The notes under the pieces were generated by a model. It did not search any database. It was not told where the DNA came from and was given only the letters and a program-made list of their open reading frames with translations. Of a stretch of DNA of 64,000 bases, positions 20,194 through 30,026 are shown in pieces. The DNA is taken from NCBI GenBank assembly GCA_048939995.1, contig JBHLOY010000010.1, positions 64,001 to 128,000 on the forward strand, written 5' to 3'. Each line of letters starts with the position of its first letter. Positions within the stretch are counted from its first letter, which is position 1. This stretch comes from Promethearchaeota archaeon. GTDB lineage: Archaea > Asgardarchaeota > Lokiarchaeia > Sigyniarchaeales > SOKP01. The position numbers and the translations under genes are program-made.

Positions 20194-21438
20194 CTATAAT
20201 TTTAAAGAAAATACTGGATTTAAGCGGGCTATAACTTCTCCTAGATCTAGTTGTAGCATTTTTAAGATTACGTCTCTTCCTCGATATTCAAATTGTAATT
20301 CTTTAACATTCTTAATTATTTTTAATTTATTACGATCTTTTACTAACTCACACACAAAATATCTCTGGTCATTGTATTCCAATATTTTTTTCACATTTTG
20401 AATATCTGGCAAATTATAGCCTCCTCCATGTGCTAAAATATCTACATTTCTCAATAATTCCAATAATTCCAATTTTACCGCTCTTTTTAAAAAATTATTA
20501 TTTTTTAAGGTTATCTCTGAAAGATTTTTCTGTCCCATAAATAGATAACAAGCCATATCTGCTCTAAGAGCGGTAGGAAAAACATTGGAGGTGATATACT
20601 TACAATTGAGATCAGTACAATTACTCCCTAAATACATATTATTATAATCTTTTAAAAACTGGTGTGGTTGATTGCAAATTATTTGAAAATCATTACCAAA
20701 TAGATGATTTGCAATGAGTAATCTTTTTCTGCTTGAAAAATTCAGAGCTTTTTTATTAAAATCTAAGTACTCATCAGCCTCAGAATCAATAAGGATATAT
20801 TGTTTTCCAAAAATGGTATTCTCTTCTAATGCATGTTCTTTTAATGTTTTAGATTGATCAATATACAAACCAATTCCATGTTTATCATCTCTGAATTCTG
20901 GAGCAGAACCATGTATAAAAAAAGTATATGGTGGAAAATCAATATCAGTTAGATTTTTAGTTTTAAAACAATTAATGAAATGGTTTGAGATCCCATAGTC
21001 CCAATTAATTAGAATGTCTTTATAATATAATTCTGTGGATTTTATTTCATCAATCTTCTTAATAAGATCATAGGGGTCTGGTAGTTCATATAATCCTCCA
21101 CATAATATACCACAACAATTAGGTTTTATATTTAGAAAAATTAATTTTTCATTTCCAGATCCCCAATTTAATCTACCGCCATATCCGAGACCAGAATTCC
21201 ATCTGAAATTATTTTTTGATATTGTTTCATCTGGAGAGGAGATAAATGCTGCTTTAGGTTCAAACCCATATTTTTCTTGAATAAGTTGAAATTGAGCAAG
21301 TCCATACTTCATATTAGCTCTACATAGTTTTGAAGCGCCATCATTTAAACCAGTTGAAAAAATAAACTTTTCTGCTCTACTTAGTAACTCAACTTTATCC
21401 ATTTGAGATAAATTCTCAGAAATACTAGAGGTCGCCAT
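20194..21438 (-). CDS. Divergent RtcB-family RNA ligase
   Basis: RtcB-like motifs in order: SPD..G.GYGG, NCCG, SNHF, IHGS, PHQ, AHGGG, E....YR, VIARLNP...K. Confidence 0.75.
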   Translation of the reverse strand: MATSSISENLSQMDKVELLSRAEKFIFSTGLNDGASKLCRANMKYGLAQFQLIQEKYGFEPKAAFISSPDETISKNNFRWNSGLGYGGRLNWGSGNEKLIFLNIKPNCCGILCGGLYELPDPYDLIKKIDEIKSTELYYKDILINWDYGISNHFINCFKTKNLTDIDFPPYTFFIHGSAPEFRDDKHGIGLYIDQSKTLKEHALEENTIFGKQYILIDSEADEYLDFNKKALNFSSRKRLLIANHLFGNDFQIICNQPHQFLKDYNNMYLGSNCTDLNCKYITSNVFPTALRADMACYLFMGQKNLSEITLKNNNFLKRAVKLELLELLRNVDILAHGGGYNLPDIQNVKKILEYNDQRYFVCELVKDRNKLKIIKNVKELQFEYRGRDVILKMLQLDLGEVIARLNPVFSLKL

Positions 21439-21461
21439 AGAATACGAAAATTTCTTCTTAT

Positions 21462-21491
21462 TAAACCTAAATTATATAAACCTAAATTATA
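21462..21491. repeat. Perfect 2 x 15-bp tandem repeat TAAACCTAAATTATA in a divergent promoter region
   Basis: 21462-21476 is identical to 21477-21491. Confidence 0.9.
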
Positions 21492-21578
21492 ATAATTATT
21501 TCGTTGATATATAATATTAATGCATGTTAGTTTCAAATTTAATCATATGATCTATTAAATATTACTCTGCAAAACACT

Positions 21579-22196
21579 ATGAATATTCTATACGATTCAT
21601 TAAAAAGAATAAAAATGAATGGAGATTTTGAAGGTTCGATCATTACTAAATGTAATGACAAACCTAATTCATTAATTTTCTCAGACAATATGAAAGTTAC
21701 AGATAATGAAGGGATATTCATAACAAAAGGTTTAAAAGTCGGCTTTGAAAAGGCTTACAATAAAAGGTCTGCCTACTCAAAAGTAATGGATTTTCACTGG
21801 AATGAAAACCTATCAAGAATTCAATACTGTGTCCAAATCCCTGAGGATATAATGCATCTCTATTCCGAAGGTCAGTTTTCGGATACTTTTCCTTACACAT
21901 TGACTCTTCTTCATACCGCAGCATTATTTTTAGATGATTATGAGTCAAAGATTAATCATTTGGAATTTTTCAAAGGTGAAATACTTAAAAATCCCATTTG
22001 CCTTATAATGAATGGAATTTTAATTGCTGATAGAGTTGTTATTAATCATAGAGGAGATCCAGTTTTTTATGATTGTCTAATTATCGGAAGGGATAAAAAT
22101 GATGATTTAAAAATAAGCTATGAGCCTTTAACAAATGTTGATGATAAAGTAGTCAAATACATAATAATCCTCGGTATTGAAGAATTAAGAATTTAA
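21579..22196 (+). CDS. Hypothetical protein
   Basis: 205-aa ORF ending 4 bp before the next gene. Confidence 0.65.
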   Translation: MNILYDSLKRIKMNGDFEGSIITKCNDKPNSLIFSDNMKVTDNEGIFITKGLKVGFEKAYNKRSAYSKVMDFHWNENLSRIQYCVQIPEDIMHLYSEGQFSDTFPYTLTLLHTAALFLDDYESKINHLEFFKGEILKNPICLIMNGILIADRVVINHRGDPVFYDCLIIGRDKNDDLKISYEPLTNVDDKVVKYIIILGIEELRI

Positions 22197-22200
22197 AGCG

Positions 22201-23442
22201 TTGTTTATGTTATTATTTGAAGATAAAAAACGGATGGTCCTCAATTTCTTAAAGACAGGGATAAATCCCTTTGAAAAGTTTGTAAGTACTGGTGAAATTA
22301 GAGAAGATTTAAGTTTGGTTAATTCCAGAAAAGACTTATTAGAATCAATTATCAATGTTATAGAAAAAAAGAAAAACTTCATTTTACCTATAATTGGTGA
22401 TGTAGGAATTGGAAAAACCCATTTATATTGGGCTTTAAAAAATAGTCTTTACTACTTCAATACGATTCATATTTCACTTGAAAAGGTATATAAGAAATTC
22501 TTTTATAATACTTATTCAGAATTCATTGAAACGATTGAAGTTGAACCATTGCGAAACATTATTAATCAACTTTGTAATAGCTGGGGGGCATTAAAAAGAA
22601 AATATGGATTCTTTCATGTTGCAGACCTCGAAAAAGTGAAAAGAGAAGCATATGAAAAATTAAATGAAAATTTTTCTGCAGATGAGAAATTAGCATTATT
22701 TGATGTAATCACAGGTATAACCACACATCAACTAGATCCTTATAAAAGAATTGAAGCGGAAAGATGGTTATTAGGCGAACTGATGAATGTAAGAGAGTTA
22801 GCTCACCTTAATCTAAAATCTGATCTAAGCAAAAGCAAACATGCTTATATAATGCTCAAAATACTAATTGAAAATTCGAAGTTAGGTACAGTTTTATTTA
22901 TTGATGATTTTGAGAAGATTATTTCAATCCCAAAGTTATTGGGAGCAGATGATGATGAGGATGAGGTTTTTGACAGAAGTTGGCTCTATGGTAAGAAACA
23001 ATCACCCGATGAGTTTGTAACACAAAAAGTTCTCGAGAAAATTCTTAAATTACAAAGAATCGAAGATCTACGTATATTAATTGTTTTAAGATCACTCGAA
23101 TCATTAGAACAAGTTAAAAAAAAGATAAAGAAAGCTAAAACTCCTTTGACTTTGGAATTCCTAGAACCATTTCGACTACAAAATTTTACTAGGGAAGATA
23201 TTGATGAATTTTATCTAAAGACTATGGAGATCTTCCTTCAAAATTTTAATTATTTACATTTTTATGATGACTTCCCAAATTCTATCTTTCCTTTAACTGA
23301 AGATATTTTAGAAACCATCTATTCCAAAACAAAAGGTAATCCAAGGGGAATATCCAAATTTCTCATAAAAATTTTCAATGATATTATTTCTTCTCATGAA
23401 GGACTGAATATAATCTTACAAAATTATAAAGATTCTAATTAG
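22201..23442 (+). CDS. P-loop (AAA+-like) ATPase
   Basis: Walker A GDVGIGKT, Walker B VLFIDD, C-terminal GNPR. Confidence 0.8.
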   Translation: MFMLLFEDKKRMVLNFLKTGINPFEKFVSTGEIREDLSLVNSRKDLLESIINVIEKKKNFILPIIGDVGIGKTHLYWALKNSLYYFNTIHISLEKVYKKFFYNTYSEFIETIEVEPLRNIINQLCNSWGALKRKYGFFHVADLEKVKREAYEKLNENFSADEKLALFDVITGITTHQLDPYKRIEAERWLLGELMNVRELAHLNLKSDLSKSKHAYIMLKILIENSKLGTVLFIDDFEKIISIPKLLGADDDEDEVFDRSWLYGKKQSPDEFVTQKVLEKILKLQRIEDLRILIVLRSLESLEQVKKKIKKAKTPLTLEFLEPFRLQNFTREDIDEFYLKTMEIFLQNFNYLHFYDDFPNSIFPLTEDILETIYSKTKGNPRGISKFLIKIFNDIISSHEGLNIILQNYKDSN

Positions 23443-23446
23443 GAAT

Positions 23447-24181
23447 TCACTTTCTATTTAAAAGTATTCTTTGAAAAGATTCTATCTCTTTTACGAATAA
23501 ATTTTGATATTCATCTATCCAATCAGCCTTCAATACTTTTTCTTTAAAGGTCTCCAAACTAGTTATAAAATCAAAATATTCAATTAAGAGAGTTCTAAAT
23601 GAGTTTTTTGTTAATAATGTGTAATTTCTATTGGTATTTAATATATTAAATAAAGCGATCTCATCCTTAATATGATTCTTTAATACTCGAATACTGTACT
23701 CAACAATTTCTAAATTGCTGACATCAATTACTTTAATTATGTTTTTAATAATGATATTTGGTACATGCTTTAACCTTCTTAGGAGTTTTAATGCATTCAT
23801 TTTAGTAGGGATATAATCTTCAAGTACAGCATAAGCTAATATAGTATAAATCTCACTTGAAACCTCATGTTTATCAACAATTTTCCCTAGACTTTGAATA
23901 ATTTCATTTCTAATCCATCGATCAGAATCAAAATAAGACTTTATCAAATATTCTATATACTTACTTTCAAGAATATTATTCTCTCCGATTTCGCCTATAA
24001 GATAAATTAGGTTTAACTTAACTTTCTCTAAAAGTGAACCTTTTGCGTTTTCAATAAGATAATCAAAGTAAATTAAATCTTCTCTTTTGGCCCTTCTACT
24101 TGCTTCAATCAAAAGATTATTAATTGAATCAAAATCCTCATTTTTTATAGATTCTAAGAAGAAATTGTGTTTTTCTAGCAA
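23447..24181 (-). CDS. HEAT-repeat protein
   Basis: DSDRWIRNEIIQSLGKI and similar helical repeats. Confidence 0.7.
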   Translation of the reverse strand: MLEKHNFFLESIKNEDFDSINNLLIEASRRAKREDLIYFDYLIENAKGSLLEKVKLNLIYLIGEIGENNILESKYIEYLIKSYFDSDRWIRNEIIQSLGKIVDKHEVSSEIYTILAYAVLEDYIPTKMNALKLLRRLKHVPNIIIKNIIKVIDVSNLEIVEYSIRVLKNHIKDEIALFNILNTNRNYTLLTKNSFRTLLIEYFDFITSLETFKEKVLKADWIDEYQNLFVKEIESFQRILLNRK

Positions 24182-24305
24182 AATTTATCTTTTTTAATTA
24201 GGATTAATTTATATTGGAGAAAATTATTCTATAAGATTTAAATATGCTTTAATAAATATTAAAAAAATTGACCAAACAAATTTAAATATTTAAATCTCCA
24301 TTTGA

Positions 24306-24599
24306 TTTACAAATTTCATATCTTACAATACTGCTAACTTTAATAATCTTGGAGTTTATTTGGATGCGAGTAATGACAATTTTATCTTGTATAATAACGT
24401 AGCAAGCAATATAGTTTGCTTCAATGAAACTGGAGGTACGGGAAATATATTCGAGGGGAATACATGTATTGCTATTGCACCTGCTATGGATCCTTTTGTA
24501 CTTGGACTTATTATAGGTCTAGTAGTTGCTGGAGGAGCTTTCGGAATTGCGATTGGTGCAACTTTTTTTATCAGAAAAAAAAAAAGAACTAAAGAATAA
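24306..24599 (+). pseudogene. 3' remnant of a NosD-like parallel beta-helix membrane protein
   Basis: Frame open from TGA 24303: FTNFISYNTANFNNLGVYLDASNDNFILYNNV..GNIFEGN, then TM helix and RKKKR; no signal peptide or credible start. Confidence 0.55.
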
Positions 24600-24638
24600 A
24601 TTCGAAATTTAAATTTTCATTTTTTTCTTAATAAATTT

Positions 24639-25214
24639 TTAGCTTTCATAACCAATTGGTATAATATATAGAGGCTCAATATCCTTTGGAAGACTTAAAA
24701 CTTGCTTGACACTTTCATCGTTATAGGCTCCAATTGGTACAGAGGCTAAACCTAAAGCAACTGCTTGTAAATGTATATTCTGAGCACAATGCCCCACTTC
24801 AATTAAAACATATCTTACTCCTCTTTTGCCGTATACTTGAGTAGTTCTTGAAAATCGAGCGCAGATGATTATGTTAACATAAGCCTCTGCTATAAAATAT
24901 TGGTCTAAAGATGCCTGAACTAATTTTTTAATTAAAAAGTTATCAGTTAACATTTCTAACATATGCTTTTCAATATTATAATGGAAAAGACCTTTATCTC
25001 TCAAAGTAACATAAATTTCTAACGGATATGTTGCTCCTGCTGAGGGAATAGTTCTCTTTGTACCCTTCTTTCCCTGTGCTGCCCATAATATTTGAGAAAT
25101 TTTCTCTATTTCGATCTCTTTGCTTCTAAATCTCCTTATACTTTCTCTCTCATAAATAGATCTTTCAAGACTAACAGTACCATCGAGTTTTGGAGATGGA
25201 AGTGTGATATTCAT
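24639..25214 (-). CDS. SagB/ThcOx-family nitroreductase
   Basis: RESIRRF, LWAAQG, RTIPSAGATYPLE, EVGHCAQN. Confidence 0.92.
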   Translation of the reverse strand: MNITLPSPKLDGTVSLERSIYERESIRRFRSKEIEIEKISQILWAAQGKKGTKRTIPSAGATYPLEIYVTLRDKGLFHYNIEKHMLEMLTDNFLIKKLVQASLDQYFIAEAYVNIIICARFSRTTQVYGKRGVRYVLIEVGHCAQNIHLQAVALGLASVPIGAYNDESVKQVLSLPKDIEPLYIIPIGYES

Positions 25215-25287
25215 TTTTAATAAGGAATTATTAATTATTTCTATGATAATAAATGTATTTTATTCTAATAAACTAATTAATATTCTT

Positions 25288-25650
25288 ATGAGCTCAAAAT
25301 TAAATTTAGAAAAATTATTCAAAGAATGGAATGAGTTAAACTCTTCTGCTGAAGAATCTTTCGGACAATTCAATTTCTCAAAAATTAAGGAGATTAGGGC
25401 AAAGCAGAAAAAACTTGAGGATACAATATATGAAATACTGATACAAAATGCTCCAGATGAATTTAAAGCTTTATTACCAGATGACTGCGGTCAATTGGAA
25501 GTAGGTTATGATACAGAAGGAGATATTTTTTATTTTGTAATGATGGACCCAAATCTAAATGGTGAAGATGCAATTAAACTAATTGCTTTCACTATTGATA
25601 TTGAAAAAAATGTGAATCGTATTAATGATTTCAAAATAGAAGATTCTTGA
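25288..25650 (+). CDS. Hypothetical protein
   Basis: Protein-like composition from ATG 25288; the longer start overlaps the divergent gene. Confidence 0.6.
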   Translation: MSSKLNLEKLFKEWNELNSSAEESFGQFNFSKIKEIRAKQKKLEDTIYEILIQNAPDEFKALLPDDCGQLEVGYDTEGDIFYFVMMDPNLNGEDAIKLIAFTIDIEKNVNRINDFKIEDS

Positions 25651-25843
25651 TTTTTGGTCGGAGATATAGGATTCACAGTGCAAAGCATGATATTCTTAAT
25701 CATTTTATATCATGATCCTACTTTAGATGTGATCCAACAAATTTTTTCACTGACTTGTTGGAAATTATTATCTGTATTCTATTAATTATCCAATTTCTGA
25801 TCGAATACTTCAAAAATAAAAAAAATAGAATAAATATACAAAT

Positions 25844-27373
25844 TTAAAACTTATCTGAATCTTCATACCAGTCGGGGTACCATTCATAATATTCTCTTGG
25901 AAATGAATCCTTTAAACCAGTATAGGTTGCTTTAACTAATATAACTTTACCTGATTTATCTCGATGTGCGACTATAAGCTTTTTTTCCTCTAAAATTTCA
26001 AATATTTTTTTAATAGCTGAACGGCTTCCTCCAATATCTTCCCTTACATCTTCAATAGTCATATATAATCCTGGATTAACTTTGTAATCATGAGCAATTA
26101 CTTTTAATACATTTTCCTCATTCACTTCCATTCCATTAAATTGTGACTTTTTCTTAGAAATAATTGGAGCGTTGACTTCATCATTCCATCTAATTCTCAT
26201 TGAAGCATTATAAGAAGGAAGCATGGAAGAAAATCTATAAACTATCATTTTTTGTATTTCTGTAGTCCCAGCTACAATTTCCCCTATTTTACCCTCTCTT
26301 ACCAAACGCTCCATCGGATAAAATCTAGTAAGCCCATCTCCTCCCATGATTTGAACTGCTTTAGTACCTGCCTCTCTAATATATTCACTGATCACCCATT
26401 TTGCGACTGAAGCGTCAATCATGGGCTCAAGACCGTCATCTAATTGTTTAGCACAATTATAAGCAAATAATCGTCCCATTCGATATTTAGCAATAATATC
26501 CGCAATCTCATTTTGAATTCCTGAGAATTGATTTGTAGTCTTATTAAATTGAACTCTCCTTTGAGTATAATAAAATAAAACCTTAATAATATCCATTAGA
26601 GTGCCTACATATACAGCACCTGCTATCAAGCGTTCAAAATTCAATCCCGCCATCATTACATTCCATCCTTTCCCAACAGGACCAATTCTGTTTTCATCAG
26701 GAATTCTAACATCTTCAAAACTTAAATAACCATTTGGTACATTATCAAATCCGACGAGTGGATTGATTCGTTCCAAATGAAATCCTGGAGTTCCTTTTTC
26801 AACAATAAAAGAAGTAATATGACCATATTGTTTCCTTAGACTTGGATCTTCGCTAGTTTTAGCATAAATAAAATATCGATCTGAAACTCCTGCCCCTGTA
26901 ATATATCTTTTTTTACCGTTTATTACCCACTCGTCTCCATCTTTTATAGCAGTAGTCATGACATTTGCTGCATCAGATCCCGCGTATGGTTCAGTAATAC
27001 ATACGGCTCCTAGTTTATCCCCTTTAGCTAACTGTGGCAACCATAACTCTTTTTGTTCATCTGAAGCATACCTTAAAATTTGCTCCAACCCTGCAAGCAT
27101 ACTAACAACAAAAACGTGTCCAACAGCGTATAATCTTCCTAATTGCTCTGCTACTATACAGGCTCCAGTAGCCCCTAGCTCAAGTCCCCCATATTGCTTT
27201 GGAATTCCTGCACCAAAATATCCTTCTTCAGCTACTTTCTTAACTAATGGCCAAGGAAATTTTTGTTTCCAAAAATAATATTCCGCATCTTCAAATAGAT
27301 TATCCGCAAACTTTTCAACTTTTAGTGCGAATGCCCTTTGTTCTTCATTCCACCAAAAAAAAGGCTCAGACAT
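25844..27373 (-). CDS. Acyl-CoA dehydrogenase with C-terminal winged-helix extension
   Basis: ITEPYAGSD, NGKKRYIT, RRVQF, MGGDG, IVAGTTEIQK, plus about 120 extra aa. Confidence 0.9.
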   Translation of the reverse strand: MSEPFFWWNEEQRAFALKVEKFADNLFEDAEYYFWKQKFPWPLVKKVAEEGYFGAGIPKQYGGLELGATGACIVAEQLGRLYAVGHVFVVSMLAGLEQILRYASDEQKELWLPQLAKGDKLGAVCITEPYAGSDAANVMTTAIKDGDEWVINGKKRYITGAGVSDRYFIYAKTSEDPSLRKQYGHITSFIVEKGTPGFHLERINPLVGFDNVPNGYLSFEDVRIPDENRIGPVGKGWNVMMAGLNFERLIAGAVYVGTLMDIIKVLFYYTQRRVQFNKTTNQFSGIQNEIADIIAKYRMGRLFAYNCAKQLDDGLEPMIDASVAKWVISEYIREAGTKAVQIMGGDGLTRFYPMERLVREGKIGEIVAGTTEIQKMIVYRFSSMLPSYNASMRIRWNDEVNAPIISKKKSQFNGMEVNEENVLKVIAHDYKVNPGLYMTIEDVREDIGGSRSAIKKIFEILEEKKLIVAHRDKSGKVILVKATYTGLKDSFPREYYEWYPDWYEDSDKF

Positions 27374-27484
27374 AATATATTTCTCTTAATATAATAATTT
27401 TAATAGATTATATTGAGTCATAATAATTATTAAATCTAAAACTTTAGCATCTACTTTAATGTAAATTTTGTAGAAAAAAGAATT

Positions 27485-28198
27485 TCAATGATGAGCTCCT
27501 TTCTTTAATTTCCTGACTTCATAATAAGTAAAAGTTACAACTCCGATAAGAGTAAACCATATGAAGTAACCTCCAAAAGGAATAATAACGATAATATCAT
27601 TTTTTACTAATTCCCATTTAAATATAGTAGTTCCATTTGTTTTTTTTTCTATAGAAGTCGAGATGCCTTCAGAATTGTACACCACCTCAATAGTGGTTGC
27701 ATTAAAATAATCTAACAATAAAGTATTAGAGCTAATTTCAGTTGCGTTTAAAAAAGTTTTCTCAATAATAGCATTACTAACTAAGGTAAGATTGATTGGA
27801 ATTGGAATTACTAATGGATATCCCTCAAAAAACACAACTTTTGACCAGTTCAGGTAATTTAATGAGAAATTATAAGAAAGGTAAAAAGCATTATCATCTT
27901 CTAAACTCTTTTTAATCCATGCAAAATTATGGTAAAATTCTAGAGTATAATTTACTATCAAATATCTGTTTAAATTAATACTTGCATTAAATACGTCTGT
28001 TGCAGTAAATCTTATGAACTCGATTTCTTCATAGTAAGGTTCAGTTGCATTAACAGTCTTCCATCTTATGGATTCATCTTTTTCCAATGGAAATGATGAA
28101 TCTCCTAACGTGATATCACCAATAGTAGGTGTTAAAAAACTGCATAATGTTATTAGGCAAATAAGCAATGGTAAAAGTATTTTCTTACCAGTATTCAT
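27485..28198 (-). CDS. Secreted, C-terminally anchored hypothetical protein
   Basis: Signal peptide, sequons, IPFGGYF plus TM helix and basic tail. Confidence 0.65.
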   Translation of the reverse strand: MNTGKKILLPLLICLITLCSFLTPTIGDITLGDSSFPLEKDESIRWKTVNATEPYYEEIEFIRFTATDVFNASINLNRYLIVNYTLEFYHNFAWIKKSLEDDNAFYLSYNFSLNYLNWSKVVFFEGYPLVIPIPINLTLVSNAIIEKTFLNATEISSNTLLLDYFNATTIEVVYNSEGISTSIEKKTNGTTIFKWELVKNDIIVIIPFGGYFIWFTLIGVVTFTYYEVRKLKKGAHH

Positions 28199-28384
28199 AA
28201 TTTATTATCGAAAGTTAGTTGTCTACTATACAATAAAATCTTTAGATATTTAAGTTTTTGAATTTAAGTTTTCTTATGTTGCCTAACAATAACTTGGATA
28301 GACTTTATATATTTTATAATTTTCAAAAAAAGTAATTGGAAACAATAAAAGATGGAGAGAATACAAAATAAAAAAAGATTAACT

Positions 28385-29074
28385 TTATTCTTTATTTTTC
28401 TTATCTTTAAAGAAGTTTAAGGCCTTACTTTCTAAACGTTTCGAGTATTCTTCCCAATGATCATTTTCGCCCAATTTTTTCTTTGTAATTATAAACAAGC
28501 AAGTTTCAGCTCCTGCAGGAATAGTACTTTTAAACTGAATTTGGTATTCATTTCTCAGTTTTCCAGAATCTTTAAATGCTGCTATTATACCTTGTACTAA
28601 ATATCTTTGCACTCGACAATCGAATGCACTATATATGTCTTGGAGTGGACACCAAAGTATATCAAATGAACATTGATTTTCATTATCTATCCGTGGATTC
28701 TCAAGAGAAGTCCATGCTTGGGTATTAATTATTGTAGTTAAAAAACTCATTAATTCAATATCAGTAATATCGTCTGGAATAATACTATTTGAAATTATTT
28801 GATTCCCCATTTCATATCCAGTTTTAATTAAAGCATCTATTACGATTTTTTGTCCCTCTTTCCCTAAATTTTTTTCAACTTCCTTTAAAATGTTAATAAT
28901 TCCCCTTGACATGAATAATCCAAATTGTAATAAAGACGTTGGATCAAAATCATTTCTCTCTAAGATTTCTTTTCTAAAACGATCTAGAGCTTCTTTATAT
29001 GGCTCCCCAAATTTGGTTCTCTCCCATATGGGTTCTTTTCGATTTGCTCCTTTTAAAATTCCTTTGGCTTTCAT
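28385..29074 (-). CDS. Hypothetical protein, possible V4R/ATC-hydrolase-like ligand-binding fold
   Basis: WCPL...DC...TIPAGAETC Cys spacing. Confidence 0.5.
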   Translation of the reverse strand: MKAKGILKGANRKEPIWERTKFGEPYKEALDRFRKEILERNDFDPTSLLQFGLFMSRGIINILKEVEKNLGKEGQKIVIDALIKTGYEMGNQIISNSIIPDDITDIELMSFLTTIINTQAWTSLENPRIDNENQCSFDILWCPLQDIYSAFDCRVQRYLVQGIIAAFKDSGKLRNEYQIQFKSTIPAGAETCLFIITKKKLGENDHWEEYSKRLESKALNFFKDKKNKE

Positions 29075-29196
29075 TTTTAATTGTTTTTGAAAGATTTATT
29101 TGTATTTATTATATATAACATAAAATTTAACAAATTTAGATTATTAAAAAATATATTAGGAATCATAAAATTTGATTTCCAAAAAAGTTGATGTTA

Positions 29197-29943
29197 ATGC
29201 ATGTTTTGGTACTTTTAAGGCATGGAGAAAGTATTTGGAATAAAGAAAATCGTTTCACAGGCTGGACAGATGTTGATTTAAGTGAAAAAGGAATCGAGGA
29301 AGCAAAAAAAGCAGGACAATTGTTAAAAAGTGAGGGTTACACGTTTGATATTGCTTTTACTTCTGTATTAAAAAGGGGAATTAGAACTCTATGGATAGTA
29401 TTAGATGAATTGGATTTAATGTATATCACAGTTGAAAGAAATTGGAGGTTAAACGAAAGACATTATGGAGCTTTACAAGGCTATAATAAATCAGAAATGG
29501 CAAAAAGTGTAGGGGAAGAGCAAGTGTTAATTTGGCGAAGGAGTTACGATATAAGGCCCCCTGCTTTAAAGACTACAGATCCACGATATCCTGGTAATGA
29601 TCTGCGATACAAAGATTTAAATCCAAAAGATATTCCTTTAACTGAATGTTTGAAAGATACAGTTGAGCGATTTTTACCTTATTGGCATGAAGTAATCGCT
29701 CCAACGGTTAAATCTGATAAAAAGGTGCTTATTTCAGCTCATGGTAATAGTTTAAGAGCTCTTGTTAAATACTTAGATAATTTATCTGAAGAAGAAATAG
29801 TAAAATTAGATATACCTACAGGAATCCCTCTCATTTATGAACTTGATAATAATTTAAAACCTTTAAAGCACTATTATCTCGGAGATCCAGAAGAAATCGA
29901 AAAAGCAATACAAGTAGTTGCTGATCAAGGTAAAGTCAAGTGA
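29197..29943 (+). CDS. gpmA: 2,3-BPG-dependent phosphoglycerate mutase
   Basis: LRHGES.WN.ENRFTGW, LNERHYG, WRRSYD, AHGNSLR. Confidence 0.97.
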   Translation: MHVLVLLRHGESIWNKENRFTGWTDVDLSEKGIEEAKKAGQLLKSEGYTFDIAFTSVLKRGIRTLWIVLDELDLMYITVERNWRLNERHYGALQGYNKSEMAKSVGEEQVLIWRRSYDIRPPALKTTDPRYPGNDLRYKDLNPKDIPLTECLKDTVERFLPYWHEVIAPTVKSDKKVLISAHGNSLRALVKYLDNLSEEEIVKLDIPTGIPLIYELDNNLKPLKHYYLGDPEEIEKAIQVVADQGKVK

Positions 29944-30026
29944 AAAAATACGATTGAAATACCTTTATTTTTTAAATTTTCTAATATAAATAACTTTAAT
30001 GTAAACCATTAATAATTGAATTTATC

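Noticed and set aside
25648-25785. Possible selenocysteine read-through/SECIS after TGA 25648, with small hairpins downstream
   Set aside because: The frame stays open for about 44 codons, but there is no redox motif or known selenoprotein family, and the ATGA..AA..GA spacing does not fit a SECIS.
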